This document shows positions 56,201 to 64,000 of a stretch of DNA of 64,000 nucleotides, piece after piece; position 1 is the first letter of the stretch, and every line of letters begins with the position of its first letter. Source of the stretch: a virus; IMG/VR virus record IMGVR_UViG_3300036770_007621; one strand, written 5' to 3'. The notes beneath the pieces are model-generated. The model did no database searches, was not told the origin of the DNA, and worked only from the letters and a program-made list of their open reading frames with translations. The translations under genes and the position numbers were made by a program.

Positions 56201-56854
56201 CACTCCTCCATTACCCCAATTAGCGTAATAACTCCACAATCCATTCATACCAGAACTAATAGAATAATCAGGTCCATTAGATCCTGTAGATGAGTCTGGA
56301 GAAGTATCAAATGTCATTAGTCCAAATCTAGCTCTATCTCCAAATACGTCTAAAATTCCATCATAAGATGGTTTGAAAGCGCCAGGCGAACATAATTTGT
56401 TTAAATCATTATATGGATGAATTCTAAAAGCATTGCTTGGAACTGGCCAAGTTAGCCAAGAAAAGGGCAAAATACCAGGACCTAGAGCACAAATGTTGCC
56501 TGCACTATCTTTGGACAAAGGTCGATGATAAGATAAACTATATGGCTCATCGTAAGGCTCTACACTATTAATAGAATATTCTGCCTTAAAAGAAGATGTT
56601 GTTCTTTTTAGTTCTTGGCATGAATAATTATCAAGAGTTCCGTTCAAGACTGTAAGTAAGGTTGCCCAACGATTTAATGGAGTAGTAACTCCAGGATTGC
56701 ATTTAGGCAAAGAATTATCAATCATTCTTTCCATGGACCCAGAACTATCTACTAGCAATAGTACATTAGGCATGGGAGGATTAATATCTGATTGAGCGAA
56801 AGCATTAGAAGAATAACAGATAATAAATAAAATTAGTAATAAATACTTTTTCAT
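53234..56854 (-). CDS. pilY1: PilY1/PilC-type type IV pilus tip adhesin (signal peptide, vWA, beta-propeller)
   Basis: Signal peptide MKKYLLLILFIICYSSNAFA; MIDAS VDSSGSM, GATPL, LSDGEP; propeller motifs DGQLHAF, ELWSFIPP, LDGSP, YYALDVTDP, YVGDADGSLWRID. Confidence 0.85.
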   Translation of the reverse strand: MKKYLLLILFIICYSSNAFAQSDINPPMPNVLLLVDSSGSMERMIDNSLPKCNPGVTTPLNRWATLLTVLNGTLDNYSCQELKRTTSSFKAEYSINSVEPYDEPYSLSYHRPLSKDSAGNICALGPGILPFSWLTWPVPSNAFRIHPYNDLNKLCSPGAFKPSYDGILDVFGDRARFGLMTFDTSPDSSTGSNGPDYSISSGMNGLWSYYANWGNGGVFASGNPAGCSPKKLEVGARNQAAPPWEGRFVPFGPFDESPTNSKARTEFIQTALLAMRPYGATPLAGMLSDAQGYFKLDLSKDLDNKPISPSFDPYVLGGCRKNYIIVLSDGEPNLDLRPECAAPGGKCPYSLPEQIAYELAKDLNINQQVKTFAVGFGLASGAGFDCSQVDPVTAFSANGICTTASGTLKACCNLHRIAYNGGTEKAYFADNLGSLKSVLSSVLSNITNTSTSRTLPVFSSATVTSNSLSNAPAIGYQFGSSFSIPGGTGLWQGNLDRKRYTCSSQNGVLQTVINPVDPLKGDDFASNINSNDIANPRKFITYINNTGVNIFSDRSARPNLLSNDGLGITFGNIIGPLNGQSFSTQLSNLNNLKALNIDPLNVPNLCDQFLTDSATECALRLIRWNVGETTPGFFLTREPAFCPANSTCSELGSIYHSTPFVTGTPKEYLRDESYANFAVTQSKRPLMLYTATTDGQLHAFKVSANDNNDLLKVDLLKNNELWSFIPPIVLPRLLGSFNQQSILLDGSPIVKDVVYEKNVIEASNNGSVWNSILLAGGGPAGGFYYALDVTDPVNPKFLWQLSTDVNGNKLFGRTSPTPTIANLSIKDSSGQIKEIAVGILSGGESPLAAGACNRQPKPYTIFNPKESYGVRGSVKCWQNNGQEGPGRSLTIVRLDTGEVLMNFRGSDAEGPPGLVAAGKSKVVPFDSPITGIPVAYPSQTGQVASKIYVGDADGSLWRIDVSSSDPQLWSADLIWDAYSLPTDNYLSGEAIHTAPIVSVDSFGNNIILFTTGEQLQLSNGDQAVNRVWSLKESIVNSTVKVSENWVQPLNNGSRVTGNLVLFNGIVYFSTYSPLVNNSNACSIGYGSIWGVDYLASSNGGPVARYAVDPNDLSQGYVTNVKQPDGTLIFGISLNQIPTCIETQVFNDPYLGSKIAVSNASSTSFQLSFQTVSTGQNVDNSKTNTVTRAIPAPRQVTRIDSWASVVE

Positions 56855-56860
56855 AAATCC

Positions 56861-57865
56861 TCACTTATCGGCATAAGAGAATACTTTGTCTAATGACATT
56901 CCTTTGGTTTCTTCTACTAATTGTAGATTTTTCAGAATATTCATTCTTACTTCTTCATCTGGTGGACCTACTTCTTTCACAAATCTAAATCTAGAGGGTC
57001 GGCTTTTGATAGAATCATCTATTTTAGTAATATCATTAGCTGTCATAATAAACATAACTTGTTTATAATCATTATGAACGCCATCTAATGCATTAATAAA
57101 AGAATCAAAAGTAAATTTAACTTGATCATTTTTCATAGCACATTCTCTACCATGAAAATAATTATCAAAGTCCTCCATTAAAACAATACATCTTTGAGGA
57201 ATAGTAGAGAACATTAAAGAAATATCTAAGTTATTGTATTCAGGATTTAAATACACTATGTATATGGGCAAGCAGTATTTTTTGCTTAAATACTTAACAA
57301 ACTGTGATTTACCATTACCTGGAGGACCGTATAACAAACATCCTGTTTTTCTTTTTTTACCAGACAAAACTAATTTTAAATCTTCTTCAATGTCTTGATA
57401 AATTGATTTAGACAAATAAATATTAGGATTAGATTCGCAAATCAGCTGCCCTAATCTATCAGATCCTCTTGGCACTAAAGCCATGATAGAAATAGTACTA
57501 TCATCTTGATCTGAGCCATCTAACATATTATCAATTTTGCTTCTTTGCCATCTTGGAAAAATAATATAAGAAACACTTTCTTTACTTTCCCAACCAGTAG
57601 TTAGCAATCTTTCATTTTTACCAAAATAAAAAAAACAGCCATTTAAAAAAACTAAAGCTTCATATATTTCTGGATATTTAGGATCTTTTACTTTATCCTT
57701 AGATAAGACCCAAGCTTTAGAATTATTTTTTTTAATTTTATTAATTAATTTTTTACTTATTTCATTATCTAGTCTATAATTATTTAAAATTAGATACTTA
57801 AATACAGCCCAGCTAGAAACAAGAATTGTGCTAACAATACCAATAATAGTTAAAAAACTATTCAT
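56861..57865 (-). CDS. Membrane-anchored AAA+ ATPase (BCS1-like)
   Basis: N-terminal hydrophobic helix; GPPGNGKS, LMEDFD, MTAN...RPSRF. Confidence 0.85.
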   Translation of the reverse strand: MNSFLTIIGIVSTILVSSWAVFKYLILNNYRLDNEISKKLINKIKKNNSKAWVLSKDKVKDPKYPEIYEALVFLNGCFFYFGKNERLLTTGWESKESVSYIIFPRWQRSKIDNMLDGSDQDDSTISIMALVPRGSDRLGQLICESNPNIYLSKSIYQDIEEDLKLVLSGKKRKTGCLLYGPPGNGKSQFVKYLSKKYCLPIYIVYLNPEYNNLDISLMFSTIPQRCIVLMEDFDNYFHGRECAMKNDQVKFTFDSFINALDGVHNDYKQVMFIMTANDITKIDDSIKSRPSRFRFVKEVGPPDEEVRMNILKNLQLVEETKGMSLDKVFSYADK

Positions 57866-57868
57866 AAA

Positions 57869-58387
57869 TCATTCATATCCTTCTGGAATCTTTTCACGTT
57901 CAGTTGCTTGTGTGGGAGTATAGCCCAGAATAGTTCGACGTAAACCTGCGGCAATATCTTTATAATGATGGTGGCTTTTTATTATTATATCATATTTCTT
58001 TTCTAAGACTACTTTACTAGCTCTAGCTTTTGCTAAGCTAATAGAAATTTCATCTACTTCAGGAGATGAGTTACCAGCCCAAATTTTCATATCTGTAGTA
58101 GTCTTACTACCATCAGGAGCTTTATACTCTAAAGATGCTTTGTTTTTAACAGAATTAATTTTAGATTCTAAATAACCCACTGTTTTTACTATTTTACCTA
58201 AATATTCTGTTAGAATATCAGCTCCTCGCAAAGCTTGTTGTTGTAACAATTCTGCATGAGCTAAATCCACTGGGTCTGACTCTTGTAAATGTAATAATAC
58301 TTCTTGAATTTCAGTTAAGTCAAAATTAACAAAATCTTCTTCTAATTCATTTCCTAAAAAATCGCCTAATCTTACCTTGCGACTCAT
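57869..58387 (-). CDS. Coiled-coil protein, possibly a UvsY-like recombination mediator
   Basis: 172 aa helical protein; size and position near recA/SSB; functional guess is weak. Confidence 0.4.
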   Translation of the reverse strand: MSRKVRLGDFLGNELEEDFVNFDLTEIQEVLLHLQESDPVDLAHAELLQQQALRGADILTEYLGKIVKTVGYLESKINSVKNKASLEYKAPDGSKTTTDMKIWAGNSSPEVDEISISLAKARASKVVLEKKYDIIIKSHHHYKDIAAGLRRTILGYTPTQATEREKIPEGYE

Positions 58388-58397
58388 AAATACATTC

Positions 58398-58757
58398 CTA
58401 TTTCTTTTTTTGTTTATTATCTATTAAACTTATTTTTTCATCTAATGATTTAATTTTTGAATCTAATTCTTTTATTTTATCTTTGAATTGAGATACAATA
58501 TTACTAACCTCTGAATGCGCTGCGCGCAAGTGCTGATGTACCATTACGCTCATTAAAAATAAATAAACTTCAAAACTAGTTTGGCGCTTGGATGGAGGTT
58601 TTAAAAAAATAATAATACCTGCATCGTCTGTCTCAAATAAATCTATGAATAAATCTTCGCCTTTGTTGGTATTGGTAGTATAAGATTTTACAATCTTTTG
58701 ATACATCCCCCACTCATCTTCTGTCATATTTACTTTTTTATTATCAATTACTCTCAT
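58398..58757 (-). CDS. Hypothetical protein
   Basis: 119 aa with a C-terminal coiled coil. Confidence 0.7.
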   Translation of the reverse strand: MRVIDNKKVNMTEDEWGMYQKIVKSYTTNTNKGEDLFIDLFETDDAGIIIFLKPPSKRQTSFEVYLFLMSVMVHQHLRAAHSEVSNIVSQFKDKIKELDSKIKSLDEKISLIDNKQKKK

Positions 58758-58765
58758 ATTTTATC

Positions 58766-59581
58766 TCAAGACCTTGAAAAACTTCCTTTTCCACGATTTG
58801 AACCAGATTCAAAATTTTGCCTAGATTGATTTACCCTGCTGTGCAACTGCTGTAATTTAACTAAATCAGCCGGATTAGATCCACTTTTAGATTTAGCTCT
58901 ACTTGCCATATTTAATACTACCGAAGGAATGTCATCATCTATGCTCACATCACCTAAAGATGAAGAAATCTCATTTCCATCTAACAAAGACTGCATCTCT
59001 AATACTGCATCTGGATCTGCAGATTCTATTAACTCAGGTGATAAAAATTGAGAACTTCCACTTTCATTAGCCAATAAAGGAGTACCTACTCTTTTAATCT
59101 GCTGCGCCAATTTTTTTAAATGCTCTGTTTTTTCAGAAGCATTCTGAAATCCTTCTATTTTGGGCTTTACAGCCTCTGCCCTCTTAAAAAATTCATTGGT
59201 CTTGTCTTCAGATTGTATTCTTTCTGCCAATACCTCTTGCTCTCCAGCATCTGTCTTTACTTTTACAGTGAATTTTTTATTTTCTTTTCTTTCCTCAAAA
59301 TCTTTTTGATCTTCCACTCGCTTAATTTCTTTTAAAGCTTCTTTTGGAACATAATTAATTAATTTTTCAGAATCTGTTCTAATAAAATTAAAATTAGATA
59401 ACATCCAATCATTTAACTGATCAGAATAATCTTGCATTTTAACCATAGTGTCATTTAATATTGACAATAAGTTTTTTAACGCTTCATCCATAATAGACTG
59501 CCCACAATATGGGCAAATATTTTGATCAATGGCATGTTTCCATTTAGGATTAATATCTGATTCACATGAAATGCATTTCAT
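58766..59581 (-). CDS. Hypothetical protein with N-terminal zinc ribbon
   Basis: Start refined to ATG 59581 (AAGGA SD); CISC...CPYC. Confidence 0.7.
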   Translation of the reverse strand: MKCISCESDINPKWKHAIDQNICPYCGQSIMDEALKNLLSILNDTMVKMQDYSDQLNDWMLSNFNFIRTDSEKLINYVPKEALKEIKRVEDQKDFEERKENKKFTVKVKTDAGEQEVLAERIQSEDKTNEFFKRAEAVKPKIEGFQNASEKTEHLKKLAQQIKRVGTPLLANESGSSQFLSPELIESADPDAVLEMQSLLDGNEISSSLGDVSIDDDIPSVVLNMASRAKSKSGSNPADLVKLQQLHSRVNQSRQNFESGSNRGKGSFSRS

Positions 59582-59599
59582 AAGATTTCCTTTCAACAA

Positions 59600-59608
59600 T
59601 ATATATCA
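59600..59608 (-). promoter_or_regulatory. Extended -10-like motif TGATATATA
   Basis: Overlaps the dnaE stop; 18 nt upstream of the next ATG. Confidence 0.4.
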
Positions 59609-62600
59609 ATCATCTTCTTGTTCAGAATCTAAATCAATTAATCCCTGATCATAAAGATTGTTTTCTATTTCTTCCAATAAAGAAGATGCTGGCTTATCCA
59701 TTTCTTTTTTAGCATCTTTCAAAGATACTTTTTTAGATTTTAAATCTTCTGGCAAAGAAGGAGGCGGGGCTACATTATACATCTTTTCAAAAATAATACC
59801 AAGCTCTTGCTCATATATATTAGCCGTTCCAGAAAAATGAATACCCAAACCAACATCAAAAACTACTTTGTTATGCACCTTCTTTAAGTATTTTTGAAGA
59901 TCTGCCCACCTATCAGGAAAAATTGTCAAACTACAACGATCCCCATTTCTATCTTCAATTGTAGCCTTAATCATAGGCTGACCATAATATTTACTAGTCT
60001 CTTTCTTAACCTTAAATTCAAAAAAATCTTTGACAATTCCTTTCATAGAAGGTAATGGCGTTTTTTCTTTTGCATTTTTTAATTGCCTAATCACAATATG
60101 ATCATCTTTAAAGAAACTACCATATGCCACTGGCGGCTTACATACAAATGACTCGCCCATATAAAATTGCTCTAATGCATATTTTTCAGCAATACTCCAG
60201 TCTAATTCCTTTGACCATGGATAAATAAACTCTTCCTTAGATGGATCATGCTTTTTGCACCATACCTGTAGTTTCTTCCTGTAATCCGATACATACAAAA
60301 ACATAAGCTTGCGAGGTAAGTTGAAACAATCCATCGCCCCAGATGCAATCAATGCCTGTATATTGTTAGCTCGTACTTTCTTAGAATCTACCCTAACCAT
60401 AAAATCAAAGAAATTAGTAAAAGGTCTCTTCTCTACAATATCATTAATAGCCTCATCACCAACAAACTTCAATGCATCCAAACCAGTAATTAATTGATTC
60501 TCGCCTACAATAGAATATTGTAACTTAGATTTATTAATGTCTGGTGGTAAAATCTTAATCTTATTGGCTCGTAACTCCGATTTAATACGCTCAATATTAA
60601 CTTTAGCGTCTGGAGTATTAGACTTTACCTCTGCCATCAAGTTGGCTAACAAAAATTCAACAGGATAATGAGCTTTTAAATAGGCCGTCTTGTAAGAAAC
60701 CATAGAATATAAAACTGCGTGAGCCGCGTTGAACCCATACGAATTGAAGCCACTTACGACATCTATCCATATCCTCTCGGCAATATTTTCATTAATACCA
60801 TTCTTTACAGAATCTTCGATAAACTCCATTTTCCACTGTTGAACCTTCTTAGGATTCTTACCTTTTTCTTTAGTAAGTTTTCTAAGGCGATCCGCAGAAT
60901 GAAGACTCCAACCAGCTATGTCCTGAGCCAAATACATAAGACACTCTTCATATAAGCCAAACCCATAAGTATTAGCGAAGGCTCGTTTTAAATTAGGGTG
61001 TAATAATATTATAGGCTTCTTACCATCTCTGACTTTAATAAAATCATCTCGCATATCGCGAGCAGAAGGGCGAGCTAAGGCGTTAATGTTGGCTAGATCA
61101 TTGATACTTCTAGGCTTGATTCTCTTACACAAATCTACTGTTCCACCAGAAGTACCGAACTGGAAGACGGCAAAAGTATCACCTTTAGAAATTAGTTCAT
61201 ATGTTTTCTCATCATATTCTTCATAGTCTAAACTATCTGGGGGCAAAGGCTTACCTTGTTCTTTAATCAAGCGATAAGTCTCACCGATAATATCTAAGGT
61301 TGACAAGCCAAGAGTATCCATCTTGACCAATCCATTTTCTTCTGCTTTATCTTTATCATACTCTAGTGCTAGAGCACCATCTTTATCTCGGCGTAGTGGA
61401 ACCAAACCAGTAAGAGGTCTGGCAGAAATAATAATACCTCCAGCGTGGGTAGACCAAGCACGATATTTACCACAAATATCTTTGTACTTTAAGAACTCTG
61501 GATATTTCTTACAATACTCGGCAAAGAGTGGTACTTTTTCATAAGCATCATCAATAGAATGAATATCTGATGGAATACAATCTGCTACGTCGTTACCTAA
61601 TTTAATAGCTTCTTCTCTGGAGCCGCCTAGCTCACAGGCTCTAGAAATATCTCGAACATATACTTTTGGAGTGATGGTGTTAACGTTGGAGACGTGGGCA
61701 ACATGATCATCTCCGTATTTATGACGAAGATAGTTTTGAACCTTCTCCCTTCCAGAAGGAGCAAAGTCTAGGTCTATGTCTGGAAAGCTGCTCTTTTCTT
61801 TATTATGGAATCTGGCAAAGATAAGATTGTATTTAATAGGATCAGCTTGATGGATTCCTAATAGATAAGCGATTAAGGAGCCACCGACTGAGCCACGACC
61901 TTCACCTACTGGGATATTGTTCTTTCTGGCCCAGTTAACATAATCGGCAACGATTAGCATATAGCTAGAGAAGCCATGATATTCTAATACATCTAGTTCT
62001 TCATTGATTCTGTCGAGATAGAGAGATTTTTCTTCATCGGAAGAAAATTTAATACGAGGGAATTTATTTTCACAGGCAAAGCGAAGATATTGTTTATCTT
62101 CGGATAGTTGTTGGACAAATTCTGGTTGAGAGGAAGACCATTGTAAGAATTGTGGATAATCTAATTCATCTTTAACGGGAAAGATAGGAAGTTCTTTACC
62201 GGAGGGATTAGAGTATTTAGGATCGATCCAGTTGGGAATTTCGCACATATCAGCGAAGTGTATAGTATTTTGGCAGATTTGGGTGGCAAATTCTTCACCA
62301 TAGTTTCTTGAGAAGAAGTTTTTAACTTCCTCACCGGATTTGAGGTAGAAATCTGGTACTGGATATTTGAGGCGAAAATTGGAATATCTGGGCTGATGAG
62401 ATCCGATAGAAAGAAGAACATCATGGATATCATGATCTTCTTTATTTAGATAGTGGGCATTGCAGGCGGGGACGATTTTTACATCATGTTTTTTAGCCAG
62501 TTCAATAAGTCTACGGTTAAGGAATTGTTGATCAATTTCGTCATTATAGACATTGGAGCCACGTTTCATGTTATTGGGCTGAACTTCTACGCCTAATTTA

Positions 62601-63100
62601 TCTTGGAAGATTTCTTTTAATTTTAAGAGTGTACGTTCAGCTTCATCAAATTTACCTTTGGTGAGTAATTGGCTGATGATACCATTACCGCAGGCGGTGA
62701 GGCAGATAAGACCTTCTGAATAAGTTTGAAGTAGGTTCCAATCGATGACGGAATAGACTCTTTTACCGGAAAAGGAGTTATGATCGAAGCCTTTTTTGTT
62801 TAAGGTAAGTAGATTTCTATATCCAATAGCATTAGTTGCTAATAATACTAAATGTCTGAATTTATCTTCTGGATTTTTATTATCATTTTGAAAATAGCAT
62901 TCGCAGCCAATAATTAGTTTAACATTGGTATCTTTGGAGACTTTATAGGCTTCCCAGGCGGAGGCGAGGGTACCATGGTCGGTGATAGCGATGGCTGGAT
63001 AATCTAATTGTTTAGCTTTATTGAACAGGTTTTTGACGGAGATGGTAGAATCTAGGATAGAGTAATCGGTTTGATTATGTAGGCTTACGAAAGGTGTCAT
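59606..63100 (-). CDS. dnaE: DNA polymerase III alpha subunit (family C)
   Basis: PHP domain (AITDHG, GCECY, HLVLLA), GRGSVGGSL, SFPDIDLDF, STHAGG, KMDTLGL, YGFNAAHA. Confidence 0.97.
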   Translation of the reverse strand: MTPFVSLHNQTDYSILDSTISVKNLFNKAKQLDYPAIAITDHGTLASAWEAYKVSKDTNVKLIIGCECYFQNDNKNPEDKFRHLVLLATNAIGYRNLLTLNKKGFDHNSFSGKRVYSVIDWNLLQTYSEGLICLTACGNGIISQLLTKGKFDEAERTLLKLKEIFQDKLGVEVQPNNMKRGSNVYNDEIDQQFLNRRLIELAKKHDVKIVPACNAHYLNKEDHDIHDVLLSIGSHQPRYSNFRLKYPVPDFYLKSGEEVKNFFSRNYGEEFATQICQNTIHFADMCEIPNWIDPKYSNPSGKELPIFPVKDELDYPQFLQWSSSQPEFVQQLSEDKQYLRFACENKFPRIKFSSDEEKSLYLDRINEELDVLEYHGFSSYMLIVADYVNWARKNNIPVGEGRGSVGGSLIAYLLGIHQADPIKYNLIFARFHNKEKSSFPDIDLDFAPSGREKVQNYLRHKYGDDHVAHVSNVNTITPKVYVRDISRACELGGSREEAIKLGNDVADCIPSDIHSIDDAYEKVPLFAEYCKKYPEFLKYKDICGKYRAWSTHAGGIIISARPLTGLVPLRRDKDGALALEYDKDKAEENGLVKMDTLGLSTLDIIGETYRLIKEQGKPLPPDSLDYEEYDEKTYELISKGDTFAVFQFGTSGGTVDLCKRIKPRSINDLANINALARPSARDMRDDFIKVRDGKKPIILLHPNLKRAFANTYGFGLYEECLMYLAQDIAGWSLHSADRLRKLTKEKGKNPKKVQQWKMEFIEDSVKNGINENIAERIWIDVVSGFNSYGFNAAHAVLYSMVSYKTAYLKAHYPVEFLLANLMAEVKSNTPDAKVNIERIKSELRANKIKILPPDINKSKLQYSIVGENQLITGLDALKFVGDEAINDIVEKRPFTNFFDFMVRVDSKKVRANNIQALIASGAMDCFNLPRKLMFLYVSDYRKKLQVWCKKHDPSKEEFIYPWSKELDWSIAEKYALEQFYMGESFVCKPPVAYGSFFKDDHIVIRQLKNAKEKTPLPSMKGIVKDFFEFKVKKETSKYYGQPMIKATIEDRNGDRCSLTIFPDRWADLQKYLKKVHNKVVFDVGLGIHFSGTANIYEQELGIIFEKMYNVAPPPSLPEDLKSKKVSLKDAKKEMDKPASSLLEEIENNLYDQGLIDLDSEQEDD

Positions 63101-63194
63101 AATTATCCTTTAGGTATTATAATAAATGCAAGTCTTATAAAAAGCACTAAGCCGATGTGGCTTTGCATATTATTAGGGAATATAATATAATGGT

Positions 63195-63845
63195 TTACAG
63201 ACCAAATTTAATTTTTAGAGATTGCTCGTCAATGGTCTCTAAATTTTTAGAAATGTCTTCAATTATTTTAAATTGTTTTTTCCAAAATTTTTTATTTATA
63301 CTTTTACGAATTAAAATATTTTTTATATTTTGGAAGGGCAATTTTTTCTTAGCGAATAGGGAGTGAGCGATTAAGGAAACATCTGACCAATTATTTTGTA
63401 AAACAGATAATATTTCTTTTATTTTTTTCTTTTTAAAGTCGTATCTTTTTTTACCTGGTGGAGCGAGATTATGTTTTTTGATGATGGTAGCGGCTGATAA
63501 AGTATCATCGGAAGATCCATCTCTTAAAAAGAGTGGAAATTTATCAGAGCCGGATAATGTTTTAAAATGATATTTTTCTGCAGTTAGCCCGGCATATTTT
63601 ATACCGACTTCATTTTCTGCTAAAAATTTTGCAAGATAAGAATCTTTAAATTTAATTGGGTCTGGAATTTCGTATAGGCAGCAGCCTTCTATACGTTTAC
63701 TTTGCTTATTATAGGCGATGTATACTTCATATACTTTTGCTTTATGAAGCAGGGCATAGATAACATGTCCTGCTTCATGGAAGCTGGTGGTGATTAACTC
63801 AAATTGTCTAGAAATCTTGGCAAAAAGATCATATTGAGTCATCAT
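63195..63845 (-). CDS. M41/FtsH-like zinc metallopeptidase domain protein
   Basis: FHEAGH (HExxH), YAGLTAE, GSSDD; no AAA module. Confidence 0.65.
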   Translation of the reverse strand: MMTQYDLFAKISRQFELITTSFHEAGHVIYALLHKAKVYEVYIAYNKQSKRIEGCCLYEIPDPIKFKDSYLAKFLAENEVGIKYAGLTAEKYHFKTLSGSDKFPLFLRDGSSDDTLSAATIIKKHNLAPPGKKRYDFKKKKIKEILSVLQNNWSDVSLIAHSLFAKKKLPFQNIKNILIRKSINKKFWKKQFKIIEDISKNLETIDEQSLKIKFGL

Positions 63846-63873
63846 TATCTCCTTTATTTTAAGGGATAATATC

Positions 63874-64000
63874 TTATATTGATAGCAAAAATTGTTCTAA
63901 ACTATTTATTTTTTGTTCACAATCTATTGCTTTGCATTTGATTTGCAACCTATTAGATCCTAATGGACCGGTGATTACAAAATCTAAATTATCTACATAT
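63874..64000 (-). CDS. 3' end of a gene entering from the right edge
   Basis: Open frame YVDNLDFVITGPLGSNRLQIKC...FLLSI*. Confidence 0.6.
   Translation of the reverse strand, partial: YVDNLDFVITGPLGSNRLQIKCKAIDCEQKINSLEQFLLSI

Noticed and set aside
52001-63100. Inteins in RecA or DnaE
   Set aside because: Lengths are normal and no Cys...HN/GN splice-junction blocks are present.
29-63366. Many short ORF-track entries antisense to or overlapping long genes (e.g. 674..955, 1861..2256, 9523..9912, 30333..30836, 40351..40722, 52515..52907, 62161..62433)
   Set aside because: Shadow ORFs of real minus-strand genes: no SD, no motifs, and the composition mirrors the sense gene.
1-64000. Alternative genetic code, as seen in some huge phages
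   Set aside because: DnaE, RecA, terminase and portal are full length in code 11, coding density is high, and TAA, TGA and TAG all appear as real stops.
1-64000. Eukaryotic giant virus or bacterial chromosome origin
   Set aside because: Shine-Dalgarno sites, coupled operons and the terminase-portal-prohead protease set indicate a tailed phage; no ribosomal or core metabolic genes.
1-64000. tRNA, rRNA or structured ncRNA genes
   Set aside because: Intergenic gaps are short and AT-rich; no cloverleaf or T-loop GTTC pattern was recognised by eye. A tRNAscan/Infernal run would be needed to exclude them fully.

Overview
This 64 kb window is a gene-dense, AT-rich segment of a large tailed dsDNA phage (jumbo/huge-phage-like), read in the standard genetic code, with almost every gene on the minus strand. 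The left two thirds (1-45.8 kb) is a head-morphogenesis and virion-protein region: lambda gpA-type large terminase, intein-containing portal, intein-containing prohead protease fused to a long scaffold, a decoration-like gene, and four tandem paralogous giant genes (17.4-30.6 kb). Those paralogs have conserved N- and C-termini around variable cargo-like middles. Embedded enzymes include a tyrosine phosphatase, a GH73-like hydrolase and a CCA/poly(A)-type nucleotidyltransferase. The right third (46-64 kb) is a replication/recombination module: sigma region-4 protein, DnaG core, DnaJ, RuvC-like resolvase, SSB, RecA, AAA ATPase, DnaE and an M41-like peptidase. A full-length PilY1-type pilus-tip adhesin gene sits inside this module. 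Selfish elements are abundant: six free-standing homing endonucleases, two LAGLIDADG inteins and one decayed endonuclease remnant. No major capsid gene, tRNA, rRNA or CRISPR array was recognised. All functional calls come from motif recognition by eye; no database searches were run.
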